Positions 1 to 13,430 of a stretch of 64,000 bases of DNA are shown here, one piece after another (position 1 is the first letter of the stretch; every line of letters begins with the position of its first letter). A program made the position numbers and the translations under genes. The stretch lies in assembly GCF_009914755.1 (NCBI RefSeq), contig NC_060932.1, one strand, 5' to 3'. The stretch is from the human T2T-CHM13v2.0 reference genome, Homo sapiens. The notes beneath the pieces are model-generated. The model saw only the letters and a program-made list of their open reading frames with translations, was not told the origin of the DNA and did not search any database.

Positions 1-61
1 TGGAAAAATGCAAATGATAGGGACTCTACCTGAAGGCAATTTGCTAATATCACTGAGTTCA

Positions 62-1126
<1,065 letters not shown>

Positions 1127-1159
1127 TAGTTTCTACATTGTTTGGTCAAGGAAATGGAA

Positions 1160-1682
1160 GTAATAGTGAAGCAGGCTCACTGTGCACTGGTCATCCACAT
1201 CTCAGTCTGGTAAGACAGATCATGCATGCAGTAAGTTATATCAGGAGGGTTTATTACTTACAGATAGGCAGTGAGGGACAACAGAAGCCTAGGATCCATG
1301 TTGAGCTGGTCCCCAGGCTCAAGAAAGCTGCTTAGGGTAGATGAAGCCTGACTGTGCATGTCCCACTTGCACCACAGCTGAGGAACACTGAAAGGCAGCT
1401 TGCCCTGGGTTCTTTACCTCAAGGGAAATGTGACTTGCTGGGCAAAGCTTTAAAGGACACCCTACTTCCAGGGAATAGAGGAGCAAGGCAAGGACAGTCT
1501 TGGGCAGTTCCTTCCTAATTCAAGATGGTACATGCCCCAGGAGGGACAGGAGCAAGGCTCAGGACCCTCCCTGCCTCAGGACACTGTATTCCCAGCACAT
1601 TCTACAGTTTTTCTCGAGAACTACAAGCAAGAAATGGGAGAGAAGCAGGTTACTTCAGGGGTACCTGAAGAACTGCCTTGCA
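1160..1682 (-). mobile_element. ERVL solo LTR (MER70-like)
   Basis: Recalled motifs gcaggctcactgtgcactgg, gtttattacttacagataggcag and cccagcacattctacagtt...gagaactacaagc; ends ...ttgca. Subfamily from memory. Confidence 0.6.
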
Positions 1683-1977
1683 AATAGAAGTAACTGTGTA
1701 TGGTAAAAACTGTTTACCATAGAGTTTTTATGTGTTTATATGTGTTTAATCTCACCTTCCAAACCAGTTTCCATGGAAACCAAACAAAAAATAAGAAAAT
1801 ATCTATTATATATTCAACTGCTTTCAATGGACATAAATTCATATTTTTATTTTATTTCAATTAGACACCTAATATCTTGACTATGAAAAAGCATTTTGAA
1901 CCAGATATAGATGCTGAAATATACTAAAAGTTTTCCATCTTCAACCATCATTTGCTAAATTCATTCATTCACTTAAC

Positions 1978-4450
1978 TTTTTTTTTTTTTATTATTTTGT
2001 TATATTTTTACTTGACAGACTTATTTATTTTAGTCCTTGCATCCCCCTCCCAGGCTATCTGACATTCCTTACCCCTCCTAACCCCAGGGGCAGCCTGACG
2101 CCATTTTGTGCTCTGGTAAGGGGAGACCAGGGCCACTGCACCTTTAGAGTTTATGAACCAGCACCAGGACCGCGGTTAATGACTCACCCCACCAGCTGAG
2201 TCTTCCAGAACACTGGGCTCTGGGCAGCTCCTAATCCCCTCCAGAGCTCCAGAGCCTGTACACAAGAGGCGCTACCCCTGTTAACACCACTCGGGACTCT
2301 GGGGAACCTACCAAGACGGCAGAGGCACGCCCCAGAGACAGCAAAGCTTGCCGGGAATAAAGCAAAGACCAGACTGCCTCCCTCCTGAGACGCCTCGGCA
2401 CCGGCAACTGTGCTTCTCCAGCCCAGGCTGCCTCCTCCTTGGCGGCAACGCCGAAGGTCTCCATGGCCAAGCCTAGAGCCACAGACCCTATCCCCTCCCA
2501 CCAGCCAACAGGAAACTAAAGCCGTGAAAATACCAAGCTTTGTGGCCAGAAAAAAAAAAATTCACCGGAAGTAAAATTTAAATTGAAGCCTAAGTCCGCT
2601 GGGCCAGCAGCAAGCAGCAAAGGCCTTGATTTGCAGACACATGCTCTGCCCCCAGCCACACTTCCTTCGTATTTCCCAAGCCCAGGGTCTCCAAAGACAG
2701 AAGGAAGGGGCTTTGGGCTGAGTCTGTCCGTCACGAAGAGGCAGCCTTCTGGGAAATCAAGGTTAAGGCAGAGGTGTCCTCAGGGGGTCCCCGGTGTGGG
2801 GCACTGAGGACTGTAAACAGGACCTACGTGAGACCGGGTGTCCCAGCCCCGAGGTTGTCTCTGCCTGAAGAACTGGCACTGCGGTGACTAGGAAGATGGG
2901 AACAGCGGTCAGCCAGCAGCAAGACGAGACCCCGTCTCCCCTAGGAATACCGGGGGTGGAGTGAGCCAGAAGGGGGCATGCGAGGGGCTGCCTGCAGTTG
3001 GAGGGGGCCTCCGGAAGCCATGCACAGCTTTGGGCTGCTTTTTCTCTGCCACTGGGTCAGCGCCAGGGCCTTCTTGGCCACGGGCCAACTCTTGGCCTCC
3101 CCTCTCAGAAGGAGCCTGTTTTAGGGTCAGCTCGGGCCAGGCTGCCTAGCCCAGGACTGGAGGTCAGGAGAGCTCCCAAGGAGCCCCAGACCTGCGGGAC
3201 GAGACTGAAGGATGCGTCCAGGGGAGGCCAGGGGGCCACTGCCTCCCAGAGCAATACCGAGCCTGCTGCTCCTGGAGGCAGGCGGGTGGTCTGGAGCCAG
3301 GCCAGTTCCTCCTAGGCCTGGGTTCCTCCCAGTTCCTCCTGGGACAGGGTGAGGTCCGGGTATGGCGGCCACCGCTAACCTCCCTCTCCGCCCACACCGC
3401 GGGCCCTGTCAGGACCCAGAAGGACCAGTGCAGACTGCATTTGCTTTTCAGGCCATAGATCATCATCTTTGGGCCCAGTGACTATGCGCGCTGTGGGCCC
3501 CGCAAGGCCTCTACGGGGTCGCTCGGGCCAGGCCTGGGCTGCAATTCTTGGGAAACCAGTCCTTAAGGCTCCAAAGGCTCCTCCAGGCCCCACCTCTCCT
3601 TAGCGTCAGGCACGACGGTCCCAGAGGCTGGGCCTTCTGAGCCACATGGTCCTAAGGCCTCCTCGGAATCCAGCACCTTCTCAGAGCTTACGCCCGAAAC
3701 CCGGCCCCCAGGGCACATGGGGCTCGCCTTGACCACGGTTTCCCTGGCGACCCCAGGGGCACTTGGGACGGTTCTCACTGCCCGCGCAGGGCCGGGCCAG
3801 GAGGTGGCCGCGCGGCCGGGGAGGGGCTCGGTGCTCCAGAAGGCACCGCGCTCTCCTTGGGTGGGAAGGCACTGGGCCAGCGGGGCTGGGGCGGGCAGCC
3901 CCCAGGCAAGGCCGCCAGCACTTCGCCAGCACTGCGACCTGGCCCTGCACCTAGCCTTGCACCCAGCCCCCGGCAACTCCTGGGCGGCCTGCGTCAGCTG
4001 CATCGCGCAGCCCTCGCGGATGGGACGCCCAGGGCTCGAACCCGAGGCGGGGTGGGCCGCTGCTGCCTACCCTTCTTGAACTGGAAGCCCGCCGTACCAC
4101 CCGGGCGTCGCAGGTGGCGTGGAAGGCCAGGCTGCGCTGGCTCTGGGAGTGGCGGCGAGGACGGGACTGGAAGGGCCGGGCCTCTGGGGCCTCAGCTGGC
4201 CTCCCAACTTCTGCCCAGCTCGACTCACCTGGTTCTTTCAACGTGAGCTCTGCAGGGCAGGCTGGGCGATCCCGGACAAGCCTCTGTTTCTGCATTTGGG
4301 TCATCTTTGCCTGCTCTGGGAGGGCAGGGTTGTTTTGGTTTGAATTCCAGAGCCTGGCATGTAGTAGGTGCTGGGATACCTCGCTGCGCAGGTCTGGGGT
4401 GGCGGGTCTGGAGGCGCGGGACCCTGGCCGGACTCACTCTCCGCCTGGTC
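1978..4450 (-). pseudogene. Retrocopy-like insertion of a GC-rich transcript, parent unidentified
   Basis: Abrupt GC/CpG-rich block in AT-rich flanks. The minus-strand 3' end reads AATAAAtaagtctgtcaagt, then an A-rich tail (T-run at 1978-1990). No convincing TSD found. Confidence 0.65.
3330..4445. promoter_or_regulatory. CpG-island-like segment within the insertion
   Basis: Dense CpG (e.g. gcgcggccgggg, catcgcgcagccctcgcgg) against CpG-depleted surroundings; GGCGGG boxes and a TGCGTCA motif near 3990. Confidence 0.6.
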
Positions 4451-5602
4451 TAGGTGATATACATATATACTATTTTTATAATGATTATGTAAATGTTGTA
4501 CATAATTTGAAGGAAATTGAGGAAAGTGAAAGTACGGCATAATAAATACTTGCCCAAGGTCATGGTTTTAGAAAACACCATCTCAATTATTCTGTAATCT
4601 CTACTCAAAGTAGGCAAATTAGAACTCCATTTTGGTGAATGCAATACATCAAAAGGACTGGTGATATTGTATATACTGGTAATACACCTTATCTTATTTT
4701 ATAAATATATAAAATATACGAAAGTGTTCATATACAAAATGTATGAAATAGAAAATTAAAATATTTGAAATGAAAAAGCATTTTAAAGTATTTGTAATTT
4801 AAGACGTTCTTGAAAAGAAACAAAATAAAGATTAATAAGTAACCCTGCCTAAAAATTAAAGTAATGAAAAGATACGTTAAAATTAGAAAGCTTTTATTTA
4901 TTGGAAAACAAATGTGCTCAAGATTGTCATTTACTTGGGAAACAATTCATTGTCAGAAGAACGACAGGCTTCCCATGCAGGGCTATAGAAGGCGGACTGG
5001 CCGCCAGAGGGCAGGATGCACTTGTAATCAAGCCGATTCTGTAACTGGTTCTGTTTCTACTACCTCCATCCAAAAGTCTGTGCTGTGATAGATAAAGTCA
5101 CTTTAAGTATTTGTGTTGTATCTATTGGGAACATACAGCATTTGTTTACTTAACTTTTATTGCAGATATATAGCAGTTATATATATATTTTTATAAACAT
5201 GAATGATTTGTCTTGAGAAAAAAACAGGAAATGAGTGAGCTCGAAACAGTCTGAGTGTTTCCACAAGCCAAAAATTCATTTTTATCTGGTTTTCAGGGTT
5301 TTAAGTGTTGCTATACTTTACTCATGACTACTGTATTTCTAACAAAATATGCTTGTGTGAACAAAACGGGGACAGTAATTTCTTCAGTTTTAATTCCAAG
5401 AGAAGTAAATATGTAGGGAATTGCAAGAAAGTCGTTTTATTTTTGAATAATGAAGAAGAGAAAGAGGAAAACAGATATTTGGCAGGAGATAATTCCAGCA
5501 TCAAATTGTCATCGTTGCTGAGGCAAGTAAAAGAAGTGCCTTGATTTTCAGGCTCTTAATTATAATTAAGCACTTTTAAAGTTGGTGAGGATGACATTTT
5601 AC

Positions 5603-5704
5603 CTGTAGTAAGTTCTAGACGGCTGAATTATATCCAGGCAGCTTCATTACACTTAGCTGTTGCTAAAACTGCTATCATCCAATTTTGGAACACTTCATGT
5701 GGAA
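5603..5704 (-). pseudogene. Candidate exon, 102 nt
   Basis: gtggtttccacttag|TTCCACAT...CTACAG|gtaaaa. Phase 1 gives PHEVFQNWMIAVLATAKCNEAAWI*FSRLELTT. Confidence 0.45.
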
Positions 5705-6234
5705 CTAAGTGGAAACCACTTTATAAAAGTTACTAATAACCAGAGCACATTGCAGTTTATACTTTTACAAACATTCTCTCATTAAGCCTTGGCACAACAC
5801 ATTTTACAGATGAATAAACAAGCTTAGATTAAGTAATAAACTTGCGGTCATATGGCTTGTGCATGATGCTAGTTCCCAAGGGAACAGCTATTATCTAGGG
5901 CTAAATCCTAAATCTCTGAATCCCTAATCAGCTAACTAGAGTGGTTGCATTTAGGACAAGAAAAATGTAAGCACAGCAAAGAAGTTTTATTATGAGCTCA
6001 GGGCTTCAGGCTCAAGCCTCATACCTAGTCCTTTTTTTTTTTTCCAGACGAACAAGACTAAGCATAATGTTATTTGTGTTTTGGGAAAGAAACCTCAAAT
6101 CTCAACCTTATCCAGACACAAATATGTGCTGCTGAATTTATTCCTAAGAGGCGATCACCAGGCATATTGAAAAGTGCCTTTAATCTCTAACTTTGAAGGC
6201 ATCTCAGGAGTTAGAGGCAGGGATAAGGATTCAC

Positions 6235-6458
6235 CCCGGGTAGGTGCTTTCCCAATCTTTGCTTTTATGACTCCTTCTGGGAACGATGAGTTGAGTAGCC
6301 ACTTCCCCCATCCACCCAATCCACGAAAATAGAATGGATGGTGACATTAGTTTCTTGCAAGAAGTTGTCTCTGCCCATTTACTTCCCTTGTCAGGCCAGA
6401 GCCTGCAGTATTGTCCAACCAAGTTTCTCAGCCAAGATGACAAGGACAGTTTTATTGC
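6235..6458 (-). pseudogene. Candidate exon, 224 nt
   Basis: ttctattttgcatatggtcag|GCAATA...CCCGGG|gtgaat. Phase 0 is open across the whole segment (overlaps ORF 6231..6443). Confidence 0.45.
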
Positions 6459-7184
6459 CTGACCATATGCAAAATAGAATCAAATATTTTATTGTCATAG
6501 TATATTCTTCAAAGTTGTACATGTCATGAAAAAGTGGAAAAGGCACATCTTTATTTGCAGAGATCAAATCTCAAGAAAAATGAAAGCTCCTGCATCTGCA
6601 TCTCCACAGATACATTAAGAACACCAGTTATGAAACCTGCATGGGAGTGTCTCAGTTTATGTAGTTCCTCCTCTGGCTTGGAGATCTGAGAAGCTCCACC
6701 CTGGAGTCTGACCAGGGCTGGGGGCTCTACTTTAGCAACTGTAACCTGGGACACATTTCCTGTGCCTTCATGGAATTCCTGCAGGCCATTCACCCAATTC
6801 AGACACTCGATGAATACTTCTTGAACACCAGTTAGATGAACAGGCATCTCGGTTAGGAGCTAGGATTCAACAACAAACAAAACCAGACATGCCAGCACCG
6901 TACTACTCCATACTCAAGTCTCTCTAAGTAGTATTTTCTCAAGAGCCAATAAGATTCATGGAACTGTTTCACCAGGCGGGCATTTGGTGAACATAGAAAC
7001 ACAGCCAACTACTCAACCAAATATACCATTCCAGCAACTTACAATCTAAACATCCTTTCATAATATTCATTCTCAGGAAAACCAGCCAACCAATTAACCA
7101 ACCAACCAACCAGTCAACCAAACAACGATGAAAACCCCAAATCCCGTGTTCTAACAGGCTAATATATAAGTTAGAATCTGGTAG

Positions 7185-7470
7185 GCAGCATGGCACAGTA
7201 ATTAGCATATGAGCTCTGGAATTTGGTGAGACGGGTGTGGTTTCTGGCTTTGTCTCTTACCAGCTGTGTGACTTCGTCTTTCACCAGTCTGTTCTGAGTT
7301 CCATTTTATTGTAGTGTTTTCTTCAAAGTGCAGTTCATGGTTAATAAGAGTATCTGCTTTTTATGGTTACTGTGAAGATTCAATTTACATAAAGCAGTAG
7401 TACTACACTGGCTGTTGTGCAGTGAGTGCTCAATGTATGAAACTATTGTAATTAATAACATCATTACTGC
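7185..7470 (+). mobile_element. MIR
   Basis: ggcagcatggcacagtaattagcat...ctgtgtgact...gttactgtgaagatt...gagtgctcaat; degenerate MIR pattern. Confidence 0.6.
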
Positions 7471-7655
7471 TGTCGGCCACAGATCACATACTTGGGAAGA
7501 GGGAAAACAGAAGAGATCAAAAGAGCACTTTCAACTTTTCTAGGTTACCAGTGAGTCTATGCCGGTGGTTCTACAAAATTAAAGATGATTTTGAAGACAG
7601 AAATCCTCCAAATTAGCATATCCTAACAAGTCCTTGACTAATGCATAGTCTTTTC

Positions 7656-7718
7656 TAATTGCGGTTTTTGCCATTGAAAGTAATGGCGAAAACCGGAACT
7701 ACCTTTGCCCCAACCTAA
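7656..7718. mobile_element. MADE1 (Hsmar1-derived MITE), partial
   Basis: taattgcggtttttgccatt-gaaagt-aatggcgaaaaccggaactacctttgccccaacctaa followed by TA; palindromic. Confidence 0.85.
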
Positions 7719-7868
7719 TACTTCGGCAGTGACATCAAGAAAACTTCTATTTGCTGGCTAAATTTGCAAATTTACAATGTCATGGTCTTCACTGAATACC
7801 CCTTCTTCCTGTAGAGTAGATACTGTATTTAAAATCTCTTAACTCATCTTTTCATTTTATCCTATCAC

Positions 7869-7929
7869 CAGTGGTCCTAGTATTTGAATGATGGATCGAA
7901 GGTGGAGTCTGGTTGAGACAGTTTGCCTT
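7869..7929 (-). pseudogene. Candidate exon, 61 nt
   Basis: ttatcctattcttaaag|AAGGCA...CCACTG|gtgata. Open in two frames. Confidence 0.35.
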
Positions 7930-8439
7930 CTTTAAGAATAGGATAACCCATATTTATAAAATTCAGTTGTGGAAACAAAGTCCATGGCTTGGCATTTCCT
8001 GCAGCCTCCATCTCTTGATGGGCTCCCTGCTTTTTTTTTTTTTTGTTTTTTTTCCAGACCCACCAGGAACCTTCTCAGAGCTTTAGGATCATGGTGCTAC
8101 CTTCTGCATTTGATACCCAATTGCTGCTACTGCCTCTGCTCCCGAACCTCTTCTCCTCTTATATCTGTCAATTTGCTTGAATGGGAGAATTATATCAAAA
8201 TATTTCTGCAAGGAATCTTTGCTCTAGGCTCTTTGTCAGCCTGTCCTTTAGGATCCAGTAAAGGTGAATATGTCCTTTGCCCTGTGATTCTTTTCCCTAA
8301 AATCTTCTTTTGTCTCAGCTCATACATTTCCTGTGCAATCCCATCTCTGCAGATACAGCCCAAACATTACTTTCACTGCCTTTACTCCCTAAGGTTTGCT
8401 TCTATTTTCCCTAGGCCCTCATTTCCTTGTTTCCCAAAT

Positions 8440-8920
8440 ATTCATTCAGTTATTCATTCATTCAGAACACATGCATATCCTGTCGCTGTGCCTGGGAATG
8501 GATATGGCCCTGAGGACATTCTGACCAGCAAGAAAGTTCATGTGCCTGAGAGCCTGGCACCTGCAGCTGATTCAAAGGGCTGTCAGAATGCAACGAGCAC
8601 ACAACAGAGGAGCCTGGTCAGCTCTTGGGGCAGGAAGTTAGGGAAGGCTTCCTGGACAAAATGGTACTGCCCCAGTGAGTCTGAAAGAGTGAGTTGGAGT
8701 TAATCAGGCCAAGTGGGGCTGCCTGAGATGAGGTACTGACTGCAGGTTATTCAGTAGGAAGTACAGAGTGTGAGAAGCTGTGGGCAGAGACAAACCCCTG
8801 TAGTAAGAAGAGCAGGCAGCAGCACTGAATCCCATCCTGGGGTGTAGACCTTGTTCTGAAAGTGACAGGTAGCCAGGCCAAGGCTCTGGTGATCACATTT
8901 GTGTTTCGAAAGTCTCTGGA
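8440..8920 (-). mobile_element. L2 fragment
   Basis: Starts attcattcagttattcattcattc and continues with degenerate L2 3'-end-like sequence. Confidence 0.55.
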
Positions 8921-9123
8921 CTCGTTTCAGTCAGGCTGGTTGTGTTTCTGATCACCTTCGCTTCTTTGTAGAATCTACCTTGGCTCATCCCGGGGCAAAG
9001 GATGCCTGGGTGCAGCTGGATCTGAACACCTTTCTTTTTCAGTTTACCTCTCACAAGTTATATATTGATTGAGCAAAACCGGCTTTCTTCTTCTTCAAGT
9101 AATTCTGTTATTCTCTGTATTTC

Positions 9124-9415
9124 TTTTTTTCTTCTTTAGAGGCAGGATATTGCTCTGTCACCTAGGCTAGAGAGCAGTGGTGCCATCATGGCTCACTGCA
9201 GCCTCAACCTCCTGGGCTCAAGCCATCCTTCCCTATCTCGGCCTCCCAAGTAGCTGGGACCATAGGTGTATACCATGATGCAGGGCTATTTTGTTTTCTA
9301 GAGGTGGGGGTCTCACTATGTTGCCCAAGTTGGTCTTGAACTCCCGGTCTCAAGCAATCCCCCAACCTCAGCCTCCCAAAGGAGGGATTACAGGTGTGAG
9401 CCACCCTGCCTGGCC
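9124..9415 (-). mobile_element. AluJ
   Basis: Diverged Alu (ctcaagccatcc, ggtctcactatgttgccc). TSD ttctctgtatttc (9111-9123) / ttctctgaatttc (9416-9428). Confidence 0.93.
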
Positions 9416-9811
9416 TTCTCTGAATTTCTGATATGCTTCTTGCAAAGGAAGCACATGCACACATGTGTACTCAAGCACCTTGATGTCCATGAAAACAGTC
9501 CCCAAGCCCTTCCCACTCACTGGCTATGGCTGCCCCTCCATCTCAGAAAAATTAGAAAACACAAACAAACACACTTATCATACTTCATCCTAGACCCTGA
9601 GTATTCTTGCAACACAAGGTGCTGCATGTCAGGCCATGTGATCCAGAGACTCCATATGCCACTGTCAACAAATTTGGATGGCAGGCATGAGCTGAAATTC
9701 TGAAGTTGAATAATTCATGATATAGTGCTGCCTTCTTGAAAAATAGATTTATTTTATCATATAACTTTATGTTATTATATGTATATTTTATATCATTTCC
9801 AAACTTTTTAC

Positions 9812-9877
9812 TCTTGCTTCCAAGAATGGAACTGGCTCAAAAAACAAATCCCATGCAATAAATTCCTTATTTATATC
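9812..9877 (-). pseudogene. Candidate exon, 66 nt
   Basis: Strong acceptor tacttttgtctttcag|GATATA; donor GA|gtaaaa. Phase 0 is open (DINKEFIAWDLFFEPVPFLEAR); phase 2 has one TAA. Confidence 0.45.
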
Positions 9878-10075
9878 CTGAAAGACAAAAGTATTAAAAT
9901 GTATCAGTATAATCAGATGTCCCCATCCACACTAAATAAATGAAGATCATTCCTTTAAAAAGGGGCACCCCGTGGATCACTTGTTTGGGCCTTGGAAGTT
10001 CAGAATCTCCACTTGGGTTAACCATTCAGGTTGAGTGTTTCATATTTGTCTATAATTTCCTCTATGCAAACTCAC

Positions 10076-10129
10076 CTATCCCTGTTCATTCAACATGGAG
10101 CTACTTTAACATCAGAGTACGTGAATTCA
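10076..10129 (-). pseudogene. Candidate exon, 54 nt
   Basis: caccttatttcaag|TGAATT...GATAG|gtgagt (consensus donor). Phase 2 gives EFTYSDVKVAPC*MNRD. Confidence 0.45.
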
Positions 10130-10964
10130 CTTGAAATAAGGTGTTTTTGGTTGATTGAGCTTAATGCTTATGGTATTTCCATAAAGAATAGTTGGGTAAC
10201 TACAGATGGATCCCTATTGGTGAGATTTACTATATCAGCAGGAAGCTAGTGGTGAAAGATCTGTTGGGCAGGAGACATTTCCCTAATCCACTTAAGCCAG
10301 ACCATATCAGTGACCAAGTACTTTGCTGACTTGTAGGCAGGCCCAGGGCCAAAGGACAGAGGGCAATTCTTCTCTTCTCGGTTGACACGAATCCTCCTGT
10401 GTTGGGCTGTGATTGAGTCTAGAGGTCAGCAGCACATTAATCATCACTGCAGAGAACCAGCCCTGAGGCATTCTTCATAGCCTGCCCTGGTCACTGACCC
10501 TGGCATTTTAAAAACCATCTAGTCAGATTCTGGAAGAAGATGCATCTTCATCATTTCCAGATCTTGACCAAAGGATGTGCTTCAAAGGCACAAAAAGACA
10601 TAGGCATTTAACTAAACAATAGGCTATTAATAAGTGAACACTTATAAATGTATTAAATTATCTAAATATGAGTAAAGGAATAACTTGCAGGTATGTTCAA
10701 TTTAGTGCCATTTAAATACCTTTTTTTAAAAATAAAAACAGTAATAGTATAAATTGTTTATGGATACATGCACATTTAATACAGTTATAAAAATCCCCAC
10801 GATAAAAGCACACACAAACAGCAGGTCAGAAGTTCCTTGGGAAGGAGAGTGGGGAAGGATGTGGGTTGGAATTGTTTGTGTCAAAGTGAAAACATGTTAA
10901 ACCCTGAAGGTGGGACATACATTTCTTTAGATATTTTTTCTATGCTTAAAACATTTCACAACTT

Positions 10965-11500
10965 AATTATTTATTTATTAATTATTTTCCCAACTTTATT
11001 GAGATGTAGTTGACAGTTTAAAATGGTATATATTTAAGTCGTACAACTTGATGATTTGCTATATACATACATTGTGAAATATTCACCACAATCAAGCTAA
11101 TTAACATGTTCACCTCACAGTTACAATTTTTTTTGAGGTGAGAAAACTTAAGATCTAACCTTTTAGCAAATTTTGAGCATACAATATCATATTGTTAACT
11201 ATATTCACATTGTTGTGCATTATCCCTTCAGAACTTACTTGTATTGCATAACTGAAACTGTATTCCTTGGACAGCATCTTCCCACATCTCCATTCCCTGA
11301 GCCTCTGGTAACCACCATTCTACACTCTGCTTCTGAGTTTGATATTTTTGGACTCTACATGTAAGTGAGATCATGCTGGATTTGTCTTTCTGCATCTGGC
11401 TTATTTCGCTTAACATAATGTTCTCTAGATTCATCTGTGTTGTCACAAATTGTAAGCTTTCATTCTTTTTTAAGGCTGAATAATATCCCATTGTGTACAG
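10965..11500 (-). mobile_element. Old L1 3' end (L1MA/L1MB-like)
   Basis: ORF 11228..11491 resembles the ORF2 C-terminus (YYSALKKNE...NLENIMLSEISQMQKDK). Confidence 0.85.
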
Positions 11501-11519
11501 GTGTGCACATATGTGTGTG

Positions 11520-13430
11520 TTTATCAGTTGTTTTTATAACTTTGCAAGCACTGTTCCACTGCTTTTTAGCATACACTTTGATAAATGAGAAGTCTGGAGG
11601 CTTTTGGATTCCTTTGTAGAATATTTGTATTTTTTTTTTTTATCTCTGTGGATCTCAGGATATCCTCAAGATCTTCGTTTCTCTAAAATTTCTGTCATTT
11701 TTGCATCTTTCCTACTTGCTAGCCAGCCCTTTCAACTTGAATGCTTGTGCCTTTTTCTAATACTAAAAAATTCTTTGTTCATTTCATGTCTTCCATCTTC
11801 TCGATTTATAAGTCTCTATTTGCCAGAGATGGTCTGTATAGATCTTTAATTTTTCTCTTGTATTTTCCTTTTCTTTGACTTTTTTGCCTTTTATTTTTGT
11901 TTTGATTTCATAGTCCTCCTTGATATTGACACTTTTATTTCAGCAATCCTATGTTTATATCCTAATTCTTCTTATTCTCTTGTTTTATAAATGCAATCAC
12001 TCTGAGCCTTATTGATGATGGAATTAGACTTTTTACAATGCTTTCTTTGCGGTCTGAATTATTTATGTTTCTGTATGGATTGTTTTTAAATTTATTTAAA
12101 TCAATTATCTTTAGGCTATTGATTGCAAATATCTGAGATCTTTGATCTTTTACTTACCTTCAAGAGTTGTACACTCTGAGGACACATACATGTAGCCCAT
12201 TTACAAAGACAGTGATAGTGACGACCTCAGAGGCTGTTTCTAAGAGCAGAAGCATCTGCTAGAACTGCAGAGAGGGACTGGTATGACAATAACTCATTTT
12301 CAAATGGACATCCTGAGCATGGTGACAGAGCAGAATTCATTTTAGGTTTTATAGGTTAGAAGCTGTCTGTGTGGATGGGAACTCCCAGCTGCTACAATGT
12401 AGAGGGTTGCCAATGCCAGACCCACACTAGGTTACATGGCCATTCCTAGCTAAGGGTTTAAGAAACAGTCCTCCAGTTTATTTTGGGATAACTCGAAGTT
12501 TCTAGAGCTATTTGCATAGCAGTAATGGTGGTAGTGGGTGGTAGTAGGGACTTAGGTGGCTCCACAAATAATAAATAAATCCTCATGTTTTCAGATTTAC
12601 TTTTCACATATGTCTTCTGAGCTCTCTGGAGCTATCACACTAGGGCACCCACTTCTGGGTTATGACACCGCATGCTCAAATTCTTATGTCAGTGTTTTGC
12701 ACTGTTTTCCATTGTCCTTAAATTAGCTAAAGCCTACCATCCACTGATTAAAATCTGTCTCCTGTTGAGTTCTCTTTGTTGTTTGGGATTTGTCGTTGTT
12801 GTTGTTGTTCATGAACATGGAATATCTCTCCATTTATTTAGTGGTACTTTGATTTCTTTTAACAGAGTTTTGTAGCTTTTCTATATAGATCTTGTACAAA
12901 TTTTGTTAGATTTATATCTAAGTATTTCATTTTGGAGGTGCTAAAGTAACTAGTAATGTGTTTTAAACTTCAGATTCTACTTGTTCATTGCTGATAAGAA
13001 AGTAATTGACTTTTGAATATTAACCTTATATTGTCAAACCTTGCTATAATTGCTGATTAGTTCTAGTTTTGTTTCTTTGTTTTCATTTTTTTGCCAATTC
13101 TTTTGGATTTTCTACACAGACATTTTTATTATCTGCAAAGAAAAATAAGGTTATGTCTTTCTTCTCAATGTATATACCTTTTATTTTTATTTTCTTGTCA
13201 TCGCATTAGCTAGGATTTCCAATGTGATGTTGAAAAGCAATAGTGAGGTGGGACATCCTTGCCTTAAGATAAAGAATATCTACAAACAATTGCAGCTAAC
13301 AGTATTTAATGGGGGAAAAGTTTGAATTTCTCGTAATTAAATATTATGTTAGCTGTAGGTTTTTGTAGGTATTCTTTATCAAGCAGAGGACGTAATCCTC
13401 TATTCCTAGTTTACTGAAAGAGTGTGTTCT
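11520..13430 (-). mobile_element. Fragmented old L1M
   Basis: T-rich L1 antisense signatures (catgaacatggaatatctctccatttatt; gctaggatttccaatgtgatgttgaaaag). Confidence 0.6.

Noticed and set aside
2184-4542. Many overlapping ORFs as a functional CDS
   Set aside because: Expected in GC-rich DNA; none matches a protein I recognise, so no gene symbol is assigned.
5148-5158. acttaactttt as the right TSD of the retrocopy
   Set aside because: An 11-nt AT-rich match 700 bp beyond the GC boundary; likely chance.
7969-8703. 244-aa plus-strand ORF
   Set aside because: GTG start, runs through a poly(T) tract and an L2 remnant, and has non-protein-like composition.
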